IMG/VR virus record: IMGVR_UViG_3300005077_000055
Location: 1 to 36,893 of that record
From: a virus
Taxonomy: Duplodnaviria; Caudoviricetes
Direction: 5' to 3' (one strand)
DNA length: 36,893 nt
The notes below the pieces were generated by a model. The model worked only from the letters and a program-made list of their open reading frames with translations, did no database searches and was not told where the DNA came from. Below, one piece after another: positions 9,201-17,038 of this stretch. The translations under genes were made by a program, and so were the position numbers. The stretch's first letter is position 1. Every line of letters begins with the position of its first letter.

Positions 9201-9696
9201 CGCATACTTGGGAGCTGGTACCGGTTTTGATATCGATGCTATTGAACGAACCGGAACCAGTCGTTGCGAACCGCCACCTAGTTCTGGTGTAGGACCCGTC
9301 GGACTGCCTGTCCTGAAAGAACGTGGCCAAAGCACCAGTAACGCCGTTTTCTACGAGCGCCGTGTTGATAGCTTCAACGACATCCACCACTGTCATATCG
9401 TTCACAAATGAAATGGTCACATCAACGGAACCGTTGATGCTCACCACCAAATCACGTGGCGTGGCACCCCAACTGTAGAGCCCACCATCCGTCTCACACA
9501 TGAAGTAAGCCGGGAGACCCACGAGTGCCTCACTGTTAGGTTGCTGCCCGCCACCCGCGGCCGTTGAAAGCGCGGGGACAATTTGCTTGCATGCGCCTAC
9601 GACGTGGGGCGGCAGTGCGGGCTGCACAATCGTCGGTGTGATCGTACGAATAACCTGGATTATTTCTACGCCAGGACGCGGAAGCTCGACCGCCAT
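6250..9696 (-). CDS. Contractile tail sheath protein with large insertion domains (~1148 aa)
   Basis: N-terminal RPGVEIIQ. C-terminal ERVCVF, PGYYMCAAIVG, SFTNFPLAGF, ESVTKILDFMAR...FIGRYNIT and LPLPCNYIRVTL are typical of sheath C-termini. AAGGAG RBS before ATG 9696. Confidence 0.88.
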   Translation of the reverse strand: MAVELPRPGVEIIQVIRTITPTIVQPALPPHVVGACKQIVPALSTAAGGGQQPNSEALVGLPAYFMCETDGGLYSWGATPRDLVVSINGSVDVTISFVNDMTVVDVVEAINTALVENGVTGALATFFQDRQSDGSYTRTRWRFATTGSGSFNSIDIKTGTSSQVCAAFGIAVGQQLVGRSTYDQRWFKIPYPYFPDPRQNLNELEIFPESVRAFLALGNGSLKEALRTESFLRSGGVLAAVDDGNGDLLTPFVSSATESFNSAATLKVITGITIASELSGMTGKTLILDDGYVQRTYTFDGSETRANLASKLDAFFNPDTLNPTLVFEVAVNVLSISTVDYGSDAHLDLVGGTALADIGLVPALTGTADVDPVPVLTGKKFTLTLDGTDTTHTFTGEPATPAALLLVLAAAFPTLDFSVDATPYVIIEGKVGGPRSIVVKDDIAVNDAADELGFALAAESTVVTTHTVHPVATGDYLYVDGSFLGIITQVASGGVAGKLKLDRQIQIPYQAPTFTGTEDITASALYGAAGTLAGTTLILTVSGTQASCTFGSGTSAPASYSDMLAALALAIPSCTFTKTALNRLNIAGKQSALVESLVVTDTLSNTAASVLGFVLAASSSRGRDVGTYFTIQAKNLRAGQGVTVRPKADLTLDLNSYPSIKADMLRSPTGTPVSGGVAKVFVSYTALRLDVTPLAERPGLLSFSNTDDIDSLIGPISAANPLALGLYFALLNCQGFSVTGLGVDEVSADMPDGTVEAFTRAANFLEGVDVYGIAPLTHSSSVAQVFNAHVNAMSDPSVKAERVCVFCMERPTHAVDTLVASGVEGNSTGTVNVFDTGIPTLSELLVAQGLDPTSTIPCTDGLFLDIASDSGHYSIASVDGPRVTIRSTFTGGDNSDGFYAEPVVPGGQILPSPLIDEPFAIRVRGTPLTLTNGKPDKQAIASTYADMASGFLNRRFWHVVPDECAASIGGIEQVIPGYYMCAAIVGAVGRQKPSVSFTNFPLAGFTRVIGSNDFFSDRQLNLIAGGGNWIMVQDVAGAPILCRMALTTDMTSIELRTESVTKILDFMARLMRASLKNFIGRYNITQSFKDALSSAVQGVLAFSEQLGVIISGSLNAVIQNENQPDMILVDVMLDLPLPCNYIRVTLTI

Positions 9697-9771
9697 TGTT
9701 AGGGCTCCTTTCACTCCATTCAAGCTAGAGTGTTGGTTCTATCAATACGGCCACGATTCTTTCACGCAGGT

Positions 9772-10704
9772 TTATCGAATGGGAATGCGTCGCCCTCTAA
9801 GAGTGAAGGTTCGGATCGACGAACTCGATGGGGTAGAAGGCGTAGCCACGATACGCATGACCGCAACTGGGCTCTTTGTTGGGTTCAATGGATCTGGCAG
9901 TATCGGCAAGGAATCAGACAAGTACGAAGGCGGGTCAGTAACAGCGTGCTGCACTGGAGTGAGATCAGTAAACGGTAGAAGGCCAACTTCCCTAGCGATC
10001 ATAACGGGATCGTGGACTTCCCACTCTGTGGGATCTCTACCCGGTACCATAGCCTTACTGGAATCAGTCTCCATCGCCCCTTCGTACACATCTCCTTGCG
10101 GTACAAATCTCTTGTTAGGATTCGAGAGCGGCGTGACGATACCAGTACGCTGGAAGTGAAATGGACAGCTCGCAGTAGTGGCGTATAAATCACCGCCACT
10201 ATCACCTGCAATGAGAGCACCAGCTGGTGTAGGCACACCTATACCAACGTTCCTACCTACGTCAAAGAAGCCCTGACGTAGTAGCATCTCGCGCAGCAGA
10301 CACACACTCTCTCCACAAAACCACGCGATGGCAGCACTCTCATCTTTCACGCTGCTGACACAATTTATCTGGAGTGTGCCGGGTACCAACACCCCTCTGG
10401 TTTTAGCCCCCGTACGTAAATTATGTGACAACGTATCATCCATACCCATGGAACTGAGAGCTACCGGTCCTAGTGTTACAGTGATAGCGGGCCTGAAACT
10501 CATTCTACTGACCTCAATAGGGTCATCATCGCAGATCACTATTTCTGTAAGCTGTTCATCTGGATCCCAGTGCAAGGCTCCAGGTGGCCGGTAGTAGAAT
10601 AAACCCTGCAGGAAGCGCACGAAGACCAGCTTCACCTGCTCGAGAGGACTCTCCTGGAAACTAGACGGTGGCCTATGGTACTGACGATTTGCGTGGTGGT
10701 GCAC
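9772..10704 (-). CDS. Probable tail completion/terminator-type neck protein
   Basis: Lies immediately upstream of the sheath. Contains an RPAITV...GTLQINCVS....ESAAIA pattern. GTG start with a GAGGAG RBS. Function is inferred from position. Confidence 0.5.
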   Translation of the reverse strand: MHHHANRQYHRPPSSFQESPLEQVKLVFVRFLQGLFYYRPPGALHWDPDEQLTEIVICDDDPIEVSRMSFRPAITVTLGPVALSSMGMDDTLSHNLRTGAKTRGVLVPGTLQINCVSSVKDESAAIAWFCGESVCLLREMLLRQGFFDVGRNVGIGVPTPAGALIAGDSGGDLYATTASCPFHFQRTGIVTPLSNPNKRFVPQGDVYEGAMETDSSKAMVPGRDPTEWEVHDPVMIAREVGLLPFTDLTPVQHAVTDPPSYLSDSLPILPDPLNPTKSPVAVMRIVATPSTPSSSSIRTFTLRGRRIPIR

Positions 10705-11053
10705 GTCTAGAAATCTCCTCGGCTTGTTGCTGGTTGATGTACGCTCCTAGGGCACCAGATGTGGCACCTAGCCCAGCCAGGATATACTTCAAAGCCGAAG
10801 AAGAGACGTCGGATAGCATAGGACGGCCTGTTTGCGCTATGGCACGTTGGTCTAGGAGGTGCGCACCAGTGCGTCCAAGGAAGTAACCCATACCAGTACC
10901 AGCTGCCACAGGCAGTGAGAACTTGAATGCCCTCCAAGCCTTTTGCCCATAGCTGGGTTCTTCGCCTTCCTGAACGTCCTTTTTGGCTTCTGCCATTTTA
11001 TGAATAGCTACAGCTGACGCATATGGCAGATAGCTGAACATAGTAGGGATCAT
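10673..11053 (-). CDS. Small protein with K-x-A motif and two Gly-rich hydrophobic helices
   Basis: Contains HKMAEA, AAGTGMGYFLG and ILAGLGATSGALGAY. ATGA coupling with the upstream gene. Confidence 0.6.
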   Translation of the reverse strand: MIPTMFSYLPYASAVAIHKMAEAKKDVQEGEEPSYGQKAWRAFKFSLPVAAGTGMGYFLGRTGAHLLDQRAIAQTGRPMLSDVSSSALKYILAGLGATSGALGAYINQQQAEEISRRAPPRKSSVP

Positions 11054-11946
11054 ATGCGCCTCAACCTGTGTGCTAGCACAATGTCCTGCTGCGGGCCTTG
11101 CAGTACATTTTCTAAGTTGTGCGGGTTCGTGAAGTTCCTAGGAGGCGAACACTGCAACTCTGACAGAGCCCGGTCTAACTTGAGGTCAATCTGGAACTCA
11201 ATGGCTTCAGGATTGACTTCGTGCAGCCCCAGTTCTTGGCGTACTACAGCGCGTAGGTGCTCAACAGGGTGGACTTTTTCCACTCGCCACCGACGATTCT
11301 CCGGCTCTATAATAAGGTCCTCAGGTTTGACCGGTGGGTAATAACCCATTCTGGCCGTCGTGTTGACTGTCTGTTGTGGTCCAGTACTGGCTGGCTGCGT
11401 TGATTTGGGTGATGGGTCTACCTGGATATGGATTTCTATGGGGTCCATAAAACCGCGAATGAACCCGGTACCGTAGCATGTAAGACAACCAGATCTAGTG
11501 CGACGCTGCCTGGCGCTATCCCAACAAGACGGGCACCTGGGACCGAAAGTCTTTACTGGCAGCAACCAGGCCTTCCTACCGGCAAACTCTGCCATTTGCA
11601 GCAGAATATGTCTGCGGATCTCCATCGTAGCTAAGTCCGCATCGGGTTCTACCGAGAACGGCGGTGAGATCCAATGATCCTTAGGTTCCAGAGCTGGTTT
11701 GTTCTCTATGATGCTAATCCGATAAAACTTCATCCGCCACCGGTGCCCAACGTTGAGCGAGGTGTCGACAAAGTGATAACGGTCTTGGAATGTGGCCATT
11801 GACTCGAACGGACCCTCTGGACTCTCGCAGGACGAGATCTCGAAGTAATAGTCCAGAGGGTCTTCACTCGTGTCCTTGATGGACCACGTAAGCTCCACGT
11901 GATCCACATCAAGGGATCTAGCTTTGTAGGAGGCTAGCTCAATCAT
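11050..11946 (-). CDS. Probable head-closure/neck protein with N-terminal FN3-like strands and a 4-Cys zinc motif
   Basis: VELTW...YYFEI..C...EGPF...FYRI (FN3-like), RCPSC...CLTCYGTGF, and a C-terminal PPVKPEDLIIE..NRRWRV head-closure-like segment. Confidence 0.55.
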   Translation of the reverse strand: MIELASYKARSLDVDHVELTWSIKDTSEDPLDYYFEISSCESPEGPFESMATFQDRYHFVDTSLNVGHRWRMKFYRISIIENKPALEPKDHWISPPFSVEPDADLATMEIRRHILLQMAEFAGRKAWLLPVKTFGPRCPSCWDSARQRRTRSGCLTCYGTGFIRGFMDPIEIHIQVDPSPKSTQPASTGPQQTVNTTARMGYYPPVKPEDLIIEPENRRWRVEKVHPVEHLRAVVRQELGLHEVNPEAIEFQIDLKLDRALSELQCSPPRNFTNPHNLENVLQGPQQDIVLAHRLRRI

Positions 11947-13769
11947 AAAATACTCGCGACCACGTTACCTGAGGCAGCAGCCATAGTGTTATCTGCAGCG
12001 GTGGGCGCAGCAGCCAGGGAAGGTGATAACATACCACGCATCTTCTGCTCCTTGAGCCTGGCTGCATCAAGCAATTTGCCGTGGGCCTCAACATTGGCTG
12101 GGTTGGCCACGCCCATAAGATCCTTGATCTTAGCTGACTGAGTAGCCAACCGCCCTTGTCTGTAAGCATCTAGCACGCCCTGCGCCTCAGCGCTCAGGTT
12201 AGCTCTCAACCCAGACGCAAACTGTGTGGGTGCCTCATGCCCAATGCCACGGGCTGTTTGCTCAAGGGTCTTGTTCCAGCCAGCTCCGAGAGAACCACGA
12301 CGGAGGGCGTGGCCCATGACCCTGCCTCCCATTCCGAGTCCGCCGCCAAGTGCAGCTCCGCCTAGACCCTCTAGAACAGCCTTGCCAGCAGACCCATCCG
12401 CACCACTAGCTCCGTGAAGAGCACCTGCTACACCGCCAGCGCCCATCATGGCAAGTGGAACTGCATGGGCTTTGCCGAAGGTGCCGATAGCATTGAGAAG
12501 ACCCGCCTCACCGGCAGCGAGCTTGAATTTCATTGCTGGGCTCACTTCCTCGATGAGACCCTCCCGAAGTGCAGCATTGATAAAGTTATCAGCTGATGAG
12601 ACAACGAACTTTCCTTGTTCTGGCAGCATCGGAGCCGCAGAGATACTAGGTGCGCCAGGCATAGGCGCGCCTACACGGGACCTGGGCACAGCACCTCCAG
12701 CACCAACGAACCCAGCTCCGATCATAGGTGCTGCAAGCGCCGTTGCACCACCCTGTGCCAGGGTCAGTGGTTGACCACCAGCAACCATACGAACAGGTTT
12801 CTTAGAGGCCCTAGCCACAGCTTCAGCACGGCGACCAGCTGCTGCCTCTGCGTTTGCGTTGATGCGATCATCTATGTTCATGGGTCTAGCACCCACGTCT
12901 CCCCTACCAGGCAACAGCTTTGTAGAAGGAGCTGGCTTCGAAGCTCCAGTCAGAGCATCCCTGGGTGTGGATGTCCCTAGAATACCTTTCCCACCACTGA
13001 TGCCCTGCCGCACGCTGTGCTGGGACTGCGCGAAAGATTGCCCTAGGTCCTTTTTGAATCCACCCCATTGCCTACCTACCCAACCCGTGCCTCGATTGGC
13101 AAAACCAGAGATACCCTTGGCGGTACCGCTAGCAACATTAGATACAGCACTACCCACACCCCGCAAGGCACCGAGACCACCGCCGAGTACTGTGCCGATT
13201 GCTTTACCGATCAAGGCTTCCTTACGCATGTTTTCTAAGCCCTGTAGCATAGCGAGTTTGCCCATGAGTTCAGGAGTAGGACCTTGATAGGCAATAGCCA
13301 TGCGGACTGAAGCGAGCTTGGCAGGCAGATCGTCTGAGTACTGCACCATGGCCGTTTTCGGTTCTGGAACTGGAGGTGCTACCGGCTCAAGTTGTGCGGC
13401 CGCCTGAGGAGCGGGGGGTGCTGTGGCCCCAGCGGAAGACTTAGCCAGTTCTAACTCTAGCATTCTGCGCTGGAGTCTGAGTGCATCCCGCCTAGCCCAG
13501 TTTTGATGGCTCAATTGGCGCTCTTGGTCAGACATAGCCTCAATCTCTAAGTCTTGCTGCTCTAGAGCGATAGCTTGATCAAGCAATGGCGTGCCTTTGA
13601 ACTGATCCAACCAGCTCCTACCGTCATGGAAACACGCTAGCTTTTCTGGCTCATTCACCACCTGCGCTAGCTGCTCATCGGTAAGATACCGCATAGAATC
13701 GCGGACCGTAGATGAGGCAGTCTTCTGCAACTCTGCTTGATAGGCCTGCTCAATAAAAACATCTAGCAT
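11943..13769 (-). CDS. Putative internal head/ejection protein (multiple K-x-A motifs, glycine zippers)
   Basis: AAGGAG RBS before ATG 13769. Motifs QKTAS, EKLAC, PKTAM, AKLAS, GKLAM, RKEAL, FKLAA. Several GxxxG runs. Confidence 0.6.
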   Translation of the reverse strand: MLDVFIEQAYQAELQKTASSTVRDSMRYLTDEQLAQVVNEPEKLACFHDGRSWLDQFKGTPLLDQAIALEQQDLEIEAMSDQERQLSHQNWARRDALRLQRRMLELELAKSSAGATAPPAPQAAAQLEPVAPPVPEPKTAMVQYSDDLPAKLASVRMAIAYQGPTPELMGKLAMLQGLENMRKEALIGKAIGTVLGGGLGALRGVGSAVSNVASGTAKGISGFANRGTGWVGRQWGGFKKDLGQSFAQSQHSVRQGISGGKGILGTSTPRDALTGASKPAPSTKLLPGRGDVGARPMNIDDRINANAEAAAGRRAEAVARASKKPVRMVAGGQPLTLAQGGATALAAPMIGAGFVGAGGAVPRSRVGAPMPGAPSISAAPMLPEQGKFVVSSADNFINAALREGLIEEVSPAMKFKLAAGEAGLLNAIGTFGKAHAVPLAMMGAGGVAGALHGASGADGSAGKAVLEGLGGAALGGGLGMGGRVMGHALRRGSLGAGWNKTLEQTARGIGHEAPTQFASGLRANLSAEAQGVLDAYRQGRLATQSAKIKDLMGVANPANVEAHGKLLDAARLKEQKMRGMLSPSLAAAPTAADNTMAAASGNVVASIL

Positions 13770-13779
13770 CGTAGTCTCC

Positions 13780-15438
13780 TTACTTCTTCCTAAGCAGACC
13801 CGCGGCCCGCTCAAGCACCACCCTGGCACCCTCACCTGCTTCAGGACCCATAGACAATCCAGCTATAGACCCACTAACAGCGCCACCTATGGTGGAACCA
13901 ACCGGATTCCTAGCCGCAAACTCGCCTGCTGATAGCCTCAATCTCTTTTGCATGAGATCGAAGGACTGTGCAAACGTTAGCTCGTTCTTGCGCGCTTCGA
14001 GATCCTGAACCTTCTGGCGCAGGGGTTCGTAGTCCATCTTGGATTCAACGAGACCACCCAACCCACCAACCGCGGCGCCAGCTAGACCGTATGGCAGTCT
14101 AGGCCCCAGTCTATCAGCCGCGATCCTACCGAAAGATTTGATTACGTCGGTCGGAGAACCCACTTTGATAGAAACCCCGCTCTGATCTTTACCACTGGGA
14201 CTACCAGTCTGCGCCTTGGGTTCGGCCTCCTGAGGCGGCGGAACTTGGGCCTGCGCAGGATCTTGACTAGGCGCCGCGGATTCAGGTTGAGCTTGCTGGT
14301 TAGGTTGTGCAACCGGACCGGCTGCACCCGGCATTACAGCACCTTGCATCACAGCCTCAGCAGGCACATCGGGTTGCGGACCCATACCTTGCGTGGGATC
14401 CTGCGCTGCTAGATCCATCAATGCTTGCCTGAATTTCTGCACTGTAACCTGACTTGCAACGGCTTCTTGTTGCTTGCGCAGGACTTCCCTCTGTGCTTCC
14501 AGAGCCGCCATGCTAGCTTGAGCGGCAGCGGCATGAGCCTCCTGTGCACTTTGCATGGAAGCGCTTTGCATCATCTTACTCTGATCCATGGCCATCTGAG
14601 TTTGCGTCGCGCTCTGATCTACCTGCTGCTGGAGCTGCATCATCTGCTCTTGCATCTGCTGCATCTGCTGCTGAGCGCCCTGAGTTTGCTGCTGGAGCAT
14701 AGTAAGGTGCTCTTGCGCTTGTTGCGCCTGCTGCTTATAGAAGTCCTTCTCGTTGACATCTTGAGCCGCTTGGAGCTGCTGTTCTTGGGCCAACCAGGCT
14801 TGCGGATTGGGTTCCTCGGCCAATTTGTAGAACGCTGACAGAAGTTTGGCCTGTGCCGTCTTCGCACCCAGAGTCACGGCACGATCGGCGGTGTACGGAA
14901 GCATCTGCCAGAGATCATCCAGGTGATCCTGCTCAGCTTGTGAGTACTCCTCGACTTTCACCTTCATCGGGTTGTCACCCACCAGGGGTAGCAATCGCTG
15001 CCAACTGGCCACACTCTGCTGTTCCATACCGATAAGCGTTTTGATGATATCGATAGGATCAGATGAGGGATGCGGAGCGGACACATCTGGAACGTGAGCA
15101 GGTCCTCCCAGCACAGCCATTCTTTTGAGCAGCCAGTCCGCGTGCTCTAACTCATCGTCTGCGTGTTCCTGGAAATGCTCCGCGATAGTGTCGTGTGACA
15201 GATCACGTAGAGTCTGCGCGTACACATGGTAGGCGTAGATAGTCTCGAACTCTTCCTTCACGAGCTGGGACAGTACAGCCAGCACCTGCTCCACTGGTAC
15301 CGGGAACTGTCCTTCTACCATGCCAGTGGTGTCTGGGGCTACCGGTACCGCAGGAGCAGCAAACTTCTTCAGGCCAACGAAGTAGGCGGACGCCTCGGCG
15401 ATCGTAGGTCCCGGGTTCAGATAGGAAAAAAGGTCCAT
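13780..15438 (-). CDS. Ferritin-like (bacterioferritin-type diiron) domain fused to a Gln-rich coiled coil and C-terminal glycine zippers
   Basis: E63, E96-x-x-H99, E139 and E169-x-x-H172 match the four-helix diiron ligand pattern, and HADWLLKRMAVLGG is ferritin-like. Followed by a long Q/M/A-rich segment. AGGAG RBS. Confidence 0.8.
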   Translation of the reverse strand: MDLFSYLNPGPTIAEASAYFVGLKKFAAPAVPVAPDTTGMVEGQFPVPVEQVLAVLSQLVKEEFETIYAYHVYAQTLRDLSHDTIAEHFQEHADDELEHADWLLKRMAVLGGPAHVPDVSAPHPSSDPIDIIKTLIGMEQQSVASWQRLLPLVGDNPMKVKVEEYSQAEQDHLDDLWQMLPYTADRAVTLGAKTAQAKLLSAFYKLAEEPNPQAWLAQEQQLQAAQDVNEKDFYKQQAQQAQEHLTMLQQQTQGAQQQMQQMQEQMMQLQQQVDQSATQTQMAMDQSKMMQSASMQSAQEAHAAAAQASMAALEAQREVLRKQQEAVASQVTVQKFRQALMDLAAQDPTQGMGPQPDVPAEAVMQGAVMPGAAGPVAQPNQQAQPESAAPSQDPAQAQVPPPQEAEPKAQTGSPSGKDQSGVSIKVGSPTDVIKSFGRIAADRLGPRLPYGLAGAAVGGLGGLVESKMDYEPLRQKVQDLEARKNELTFAQSFDLMQKRLRLSAGEFAARNPVGSTIGGAVSGSIAGLSMGPEAGEGARVVLERAAGLLRKK

Positions 15439-15441
15439 GTG

Positions 15442-15900
15442 TTACTCCTGGATCATGATCGCGTGGCCACCGGAGGGTAGGATGTTCCACCAAGCTAATG
15501 ATGGAGGGGCGCCATTTGGTTCATTGACAACATGACCAGTAGCCCCCGCACTGCTAAAACCAAATAGCTGATTGGTGACTGGTTGTGTAGCGGCTAGAAC
15601 ACAGCCTGTTGTCGGCACCTTCTCCACAAAGACGAACAAACCATCGTAGGCCAGAACCAGAATATTGGCATTGGCGGCTTCTAGCTGTGCTTTGATTTGT
15701 TGAAAGGTTAGTTGGCCGCCAGCACCTGGAACGACCGGCGCAACAAATGTGTGCGAGAACGAAGGAACAGTAAACGCAATGGTCCTACCCACAAGGTCAG
15801 GCACACCGGCTGACGACAGAGGAACGCCGCCTGTGATACCACCACTCAGGTAAAGATTCACGGCAACAGTATCCTTGAAGTTGTAGATCTTTAGTGCCAT
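15442..15900 (-). CDS. Hypothetical structural protein resembling the sheath insertion module
   Basis: LVGRTIAFT....SHTF...LTFQQIKAQLEAA resembles the repeats inside the sheath protein. Confidence 0.55.
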   Translation of the reverse strand: MALKIYNFKDTVAVNLYLSGGITGGVPLSSAGVPDLVGRTIAFTVPSFSHTFVAPVVPGAGGQLTFQQIKAQLEAANANILVLAYDGLFVFVEKVPTTGCVLAATQPVTNQLFGFSSAGATGHVVNEPNGAPPSLAWWNILPSGGHAIMIQE

Positions 15901-15915
15901 GACTGTCTTGCTTTC

Positions 15916-16407
15916 TTACCAGCCTATGTAGGATGAGTTGACTGCCCAAAGCTCACTGTGCACACCTGGCTCGCCGAATAGCGATGATATGTTGAGCCCT
16001 ACTTTCACTTGCATCTTTCGCTGCTCAGTGAAAGATTTGAGCATGTTGATCCACTGAAACAGCAGGGGCGTCTTGTCATTGATCCCTACTGTCGTACCAC
16101 CTGCACTGTAGTTGATGTGATTGCGCGTTTGGAGCAGACCAACTGACGTAAGTAGGTGTGCGGTACTCATGGAACGAAGCAACGAACCTTGCTGCAGGGA
16201 CAGTAGGTTAGCCAAACTATAATACGTAATCGGCGGTGTACCGTTGAAGTCATCGACAGCGTCGATAATCGACCAGATGATCAAACGGTCATTGGATTCC
16301 TCGCCGTCGATGAGTCGATTGAGTTCAGGGAAGTCCCGCATGAAGTCTCGCACGGATTGGACCATGTACTTCATTTCTGGACTGATACCTTGGATGCCTT
16401 CTAGCAT
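15916..16407 (-). CDS. Probable head-tail adaptor/neck protein
   Basis: Helical ~163-aa protein two genes after the capsid gene (VRDFMRD.PELN.L...DFNGTPP...RNHINYSAGG). Start moved to ATG 16407 after GAGGT. Confidence 0.55.
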   Translation of the reverse strand: MLEGIQGISPEMKYMVQSVRDFMRDFPELNRLIDGEESNDRLIIWSIIDAVDDFNGTPPITYYSLANLLSLQQGSLLRSMSTAHLLTSVGLLQTRNHINYSAGGTTVGINDKTPLLFQWINMLKSFTEQRKMQVKVGLNISSLFGEPGVHSELWAVNSSYIGW

Positions 16408-16415
16408 CGAGTACC

Positions 16416-16925
16416 TCAACTAGCGTTAGGACCTTGCCGATTTCGACGTTTACCACTCTGCTTGTGCTTCGGTTGTTCGTAGAAGTCTACCTCTTCGTCA
16501 TCAGTAGAAGAAGAAGCGTCGTGTGACACAGAGGTTTCCTGTGCTTCGACAACAAGCTGATCCAACGTTTTACCACCCGGGAATTGAGGAGCGGGTATGC
16601 CTCTGGGCTTGTCCTTGGCGATGGAATCATCCAGGGGCTTGGGCATGGGCACCGATTTGATGGGCTCATACGGTTCTAGTGTATCCAGGTTTACGTCCCT
16701 ACCATCCAGCGTCCTGAGTTTGATAAACCCCAGTTCCGTCTTGCGCCGAATCTCATCAATGTTATCGATGACTTCAATGTCGCGTACGACAATAGACCTA
16801 CCACGCGTAACCCTACGCTGATCCTTGAAGAGTCTCTCTACATATCGCCGGTGCACGGGCGCGCTAGCCCTCTTATTCCTCGTGGCCACATCACCGACTA
16901 CGTTGTAAATCGCGTACCGATCCAT
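16416..16925 (-). CDS. Hypothetical protein
   Basis: AGGAG RBS before ATG 16925. Charged, low-complexity C-terminus. Confidence 0.6.
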   Translation of the reverse strand: MDRYAIYNVVGDVATRNKRASAPVHRRYVERLFKDQRRVTRGRSIVVRDIEVIDNIDEIRRKTELGFIKLRTLDGRDVNLDTLEPYEPIKSVPMPKPLDDSIAKDKPRGIPAPQFPGGKTLDQLVVEAQETSVSHDASSSTDDEEVDFYEQPKHKQSGKRRNRQGPNAS

Positions 16926-17038
16926 GCTGTGTCTCCTAAACAAACGGGTTATGAGCCGTTATGCTACGAAAGCATACGCTGATGTGGACAATAGATGAAG
17001 TGGTCTATGGAGAAGTTGTAGGTAGGGAGTAGGTGATA

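Noticed and set aside
2745-9696. Interpretation as a tailocin or extracellular contractile injection system
   Set aside because: Terminase, prohead protease and capsid genes are in the same block, which indicates a DNA-packaging phage.
14570-14800. CTG/CAG-rich low-complexity tract
   Set aside because: It is explained by the Gln-rich coiled coil of the ferritin-fusion protein and is not a separate element.
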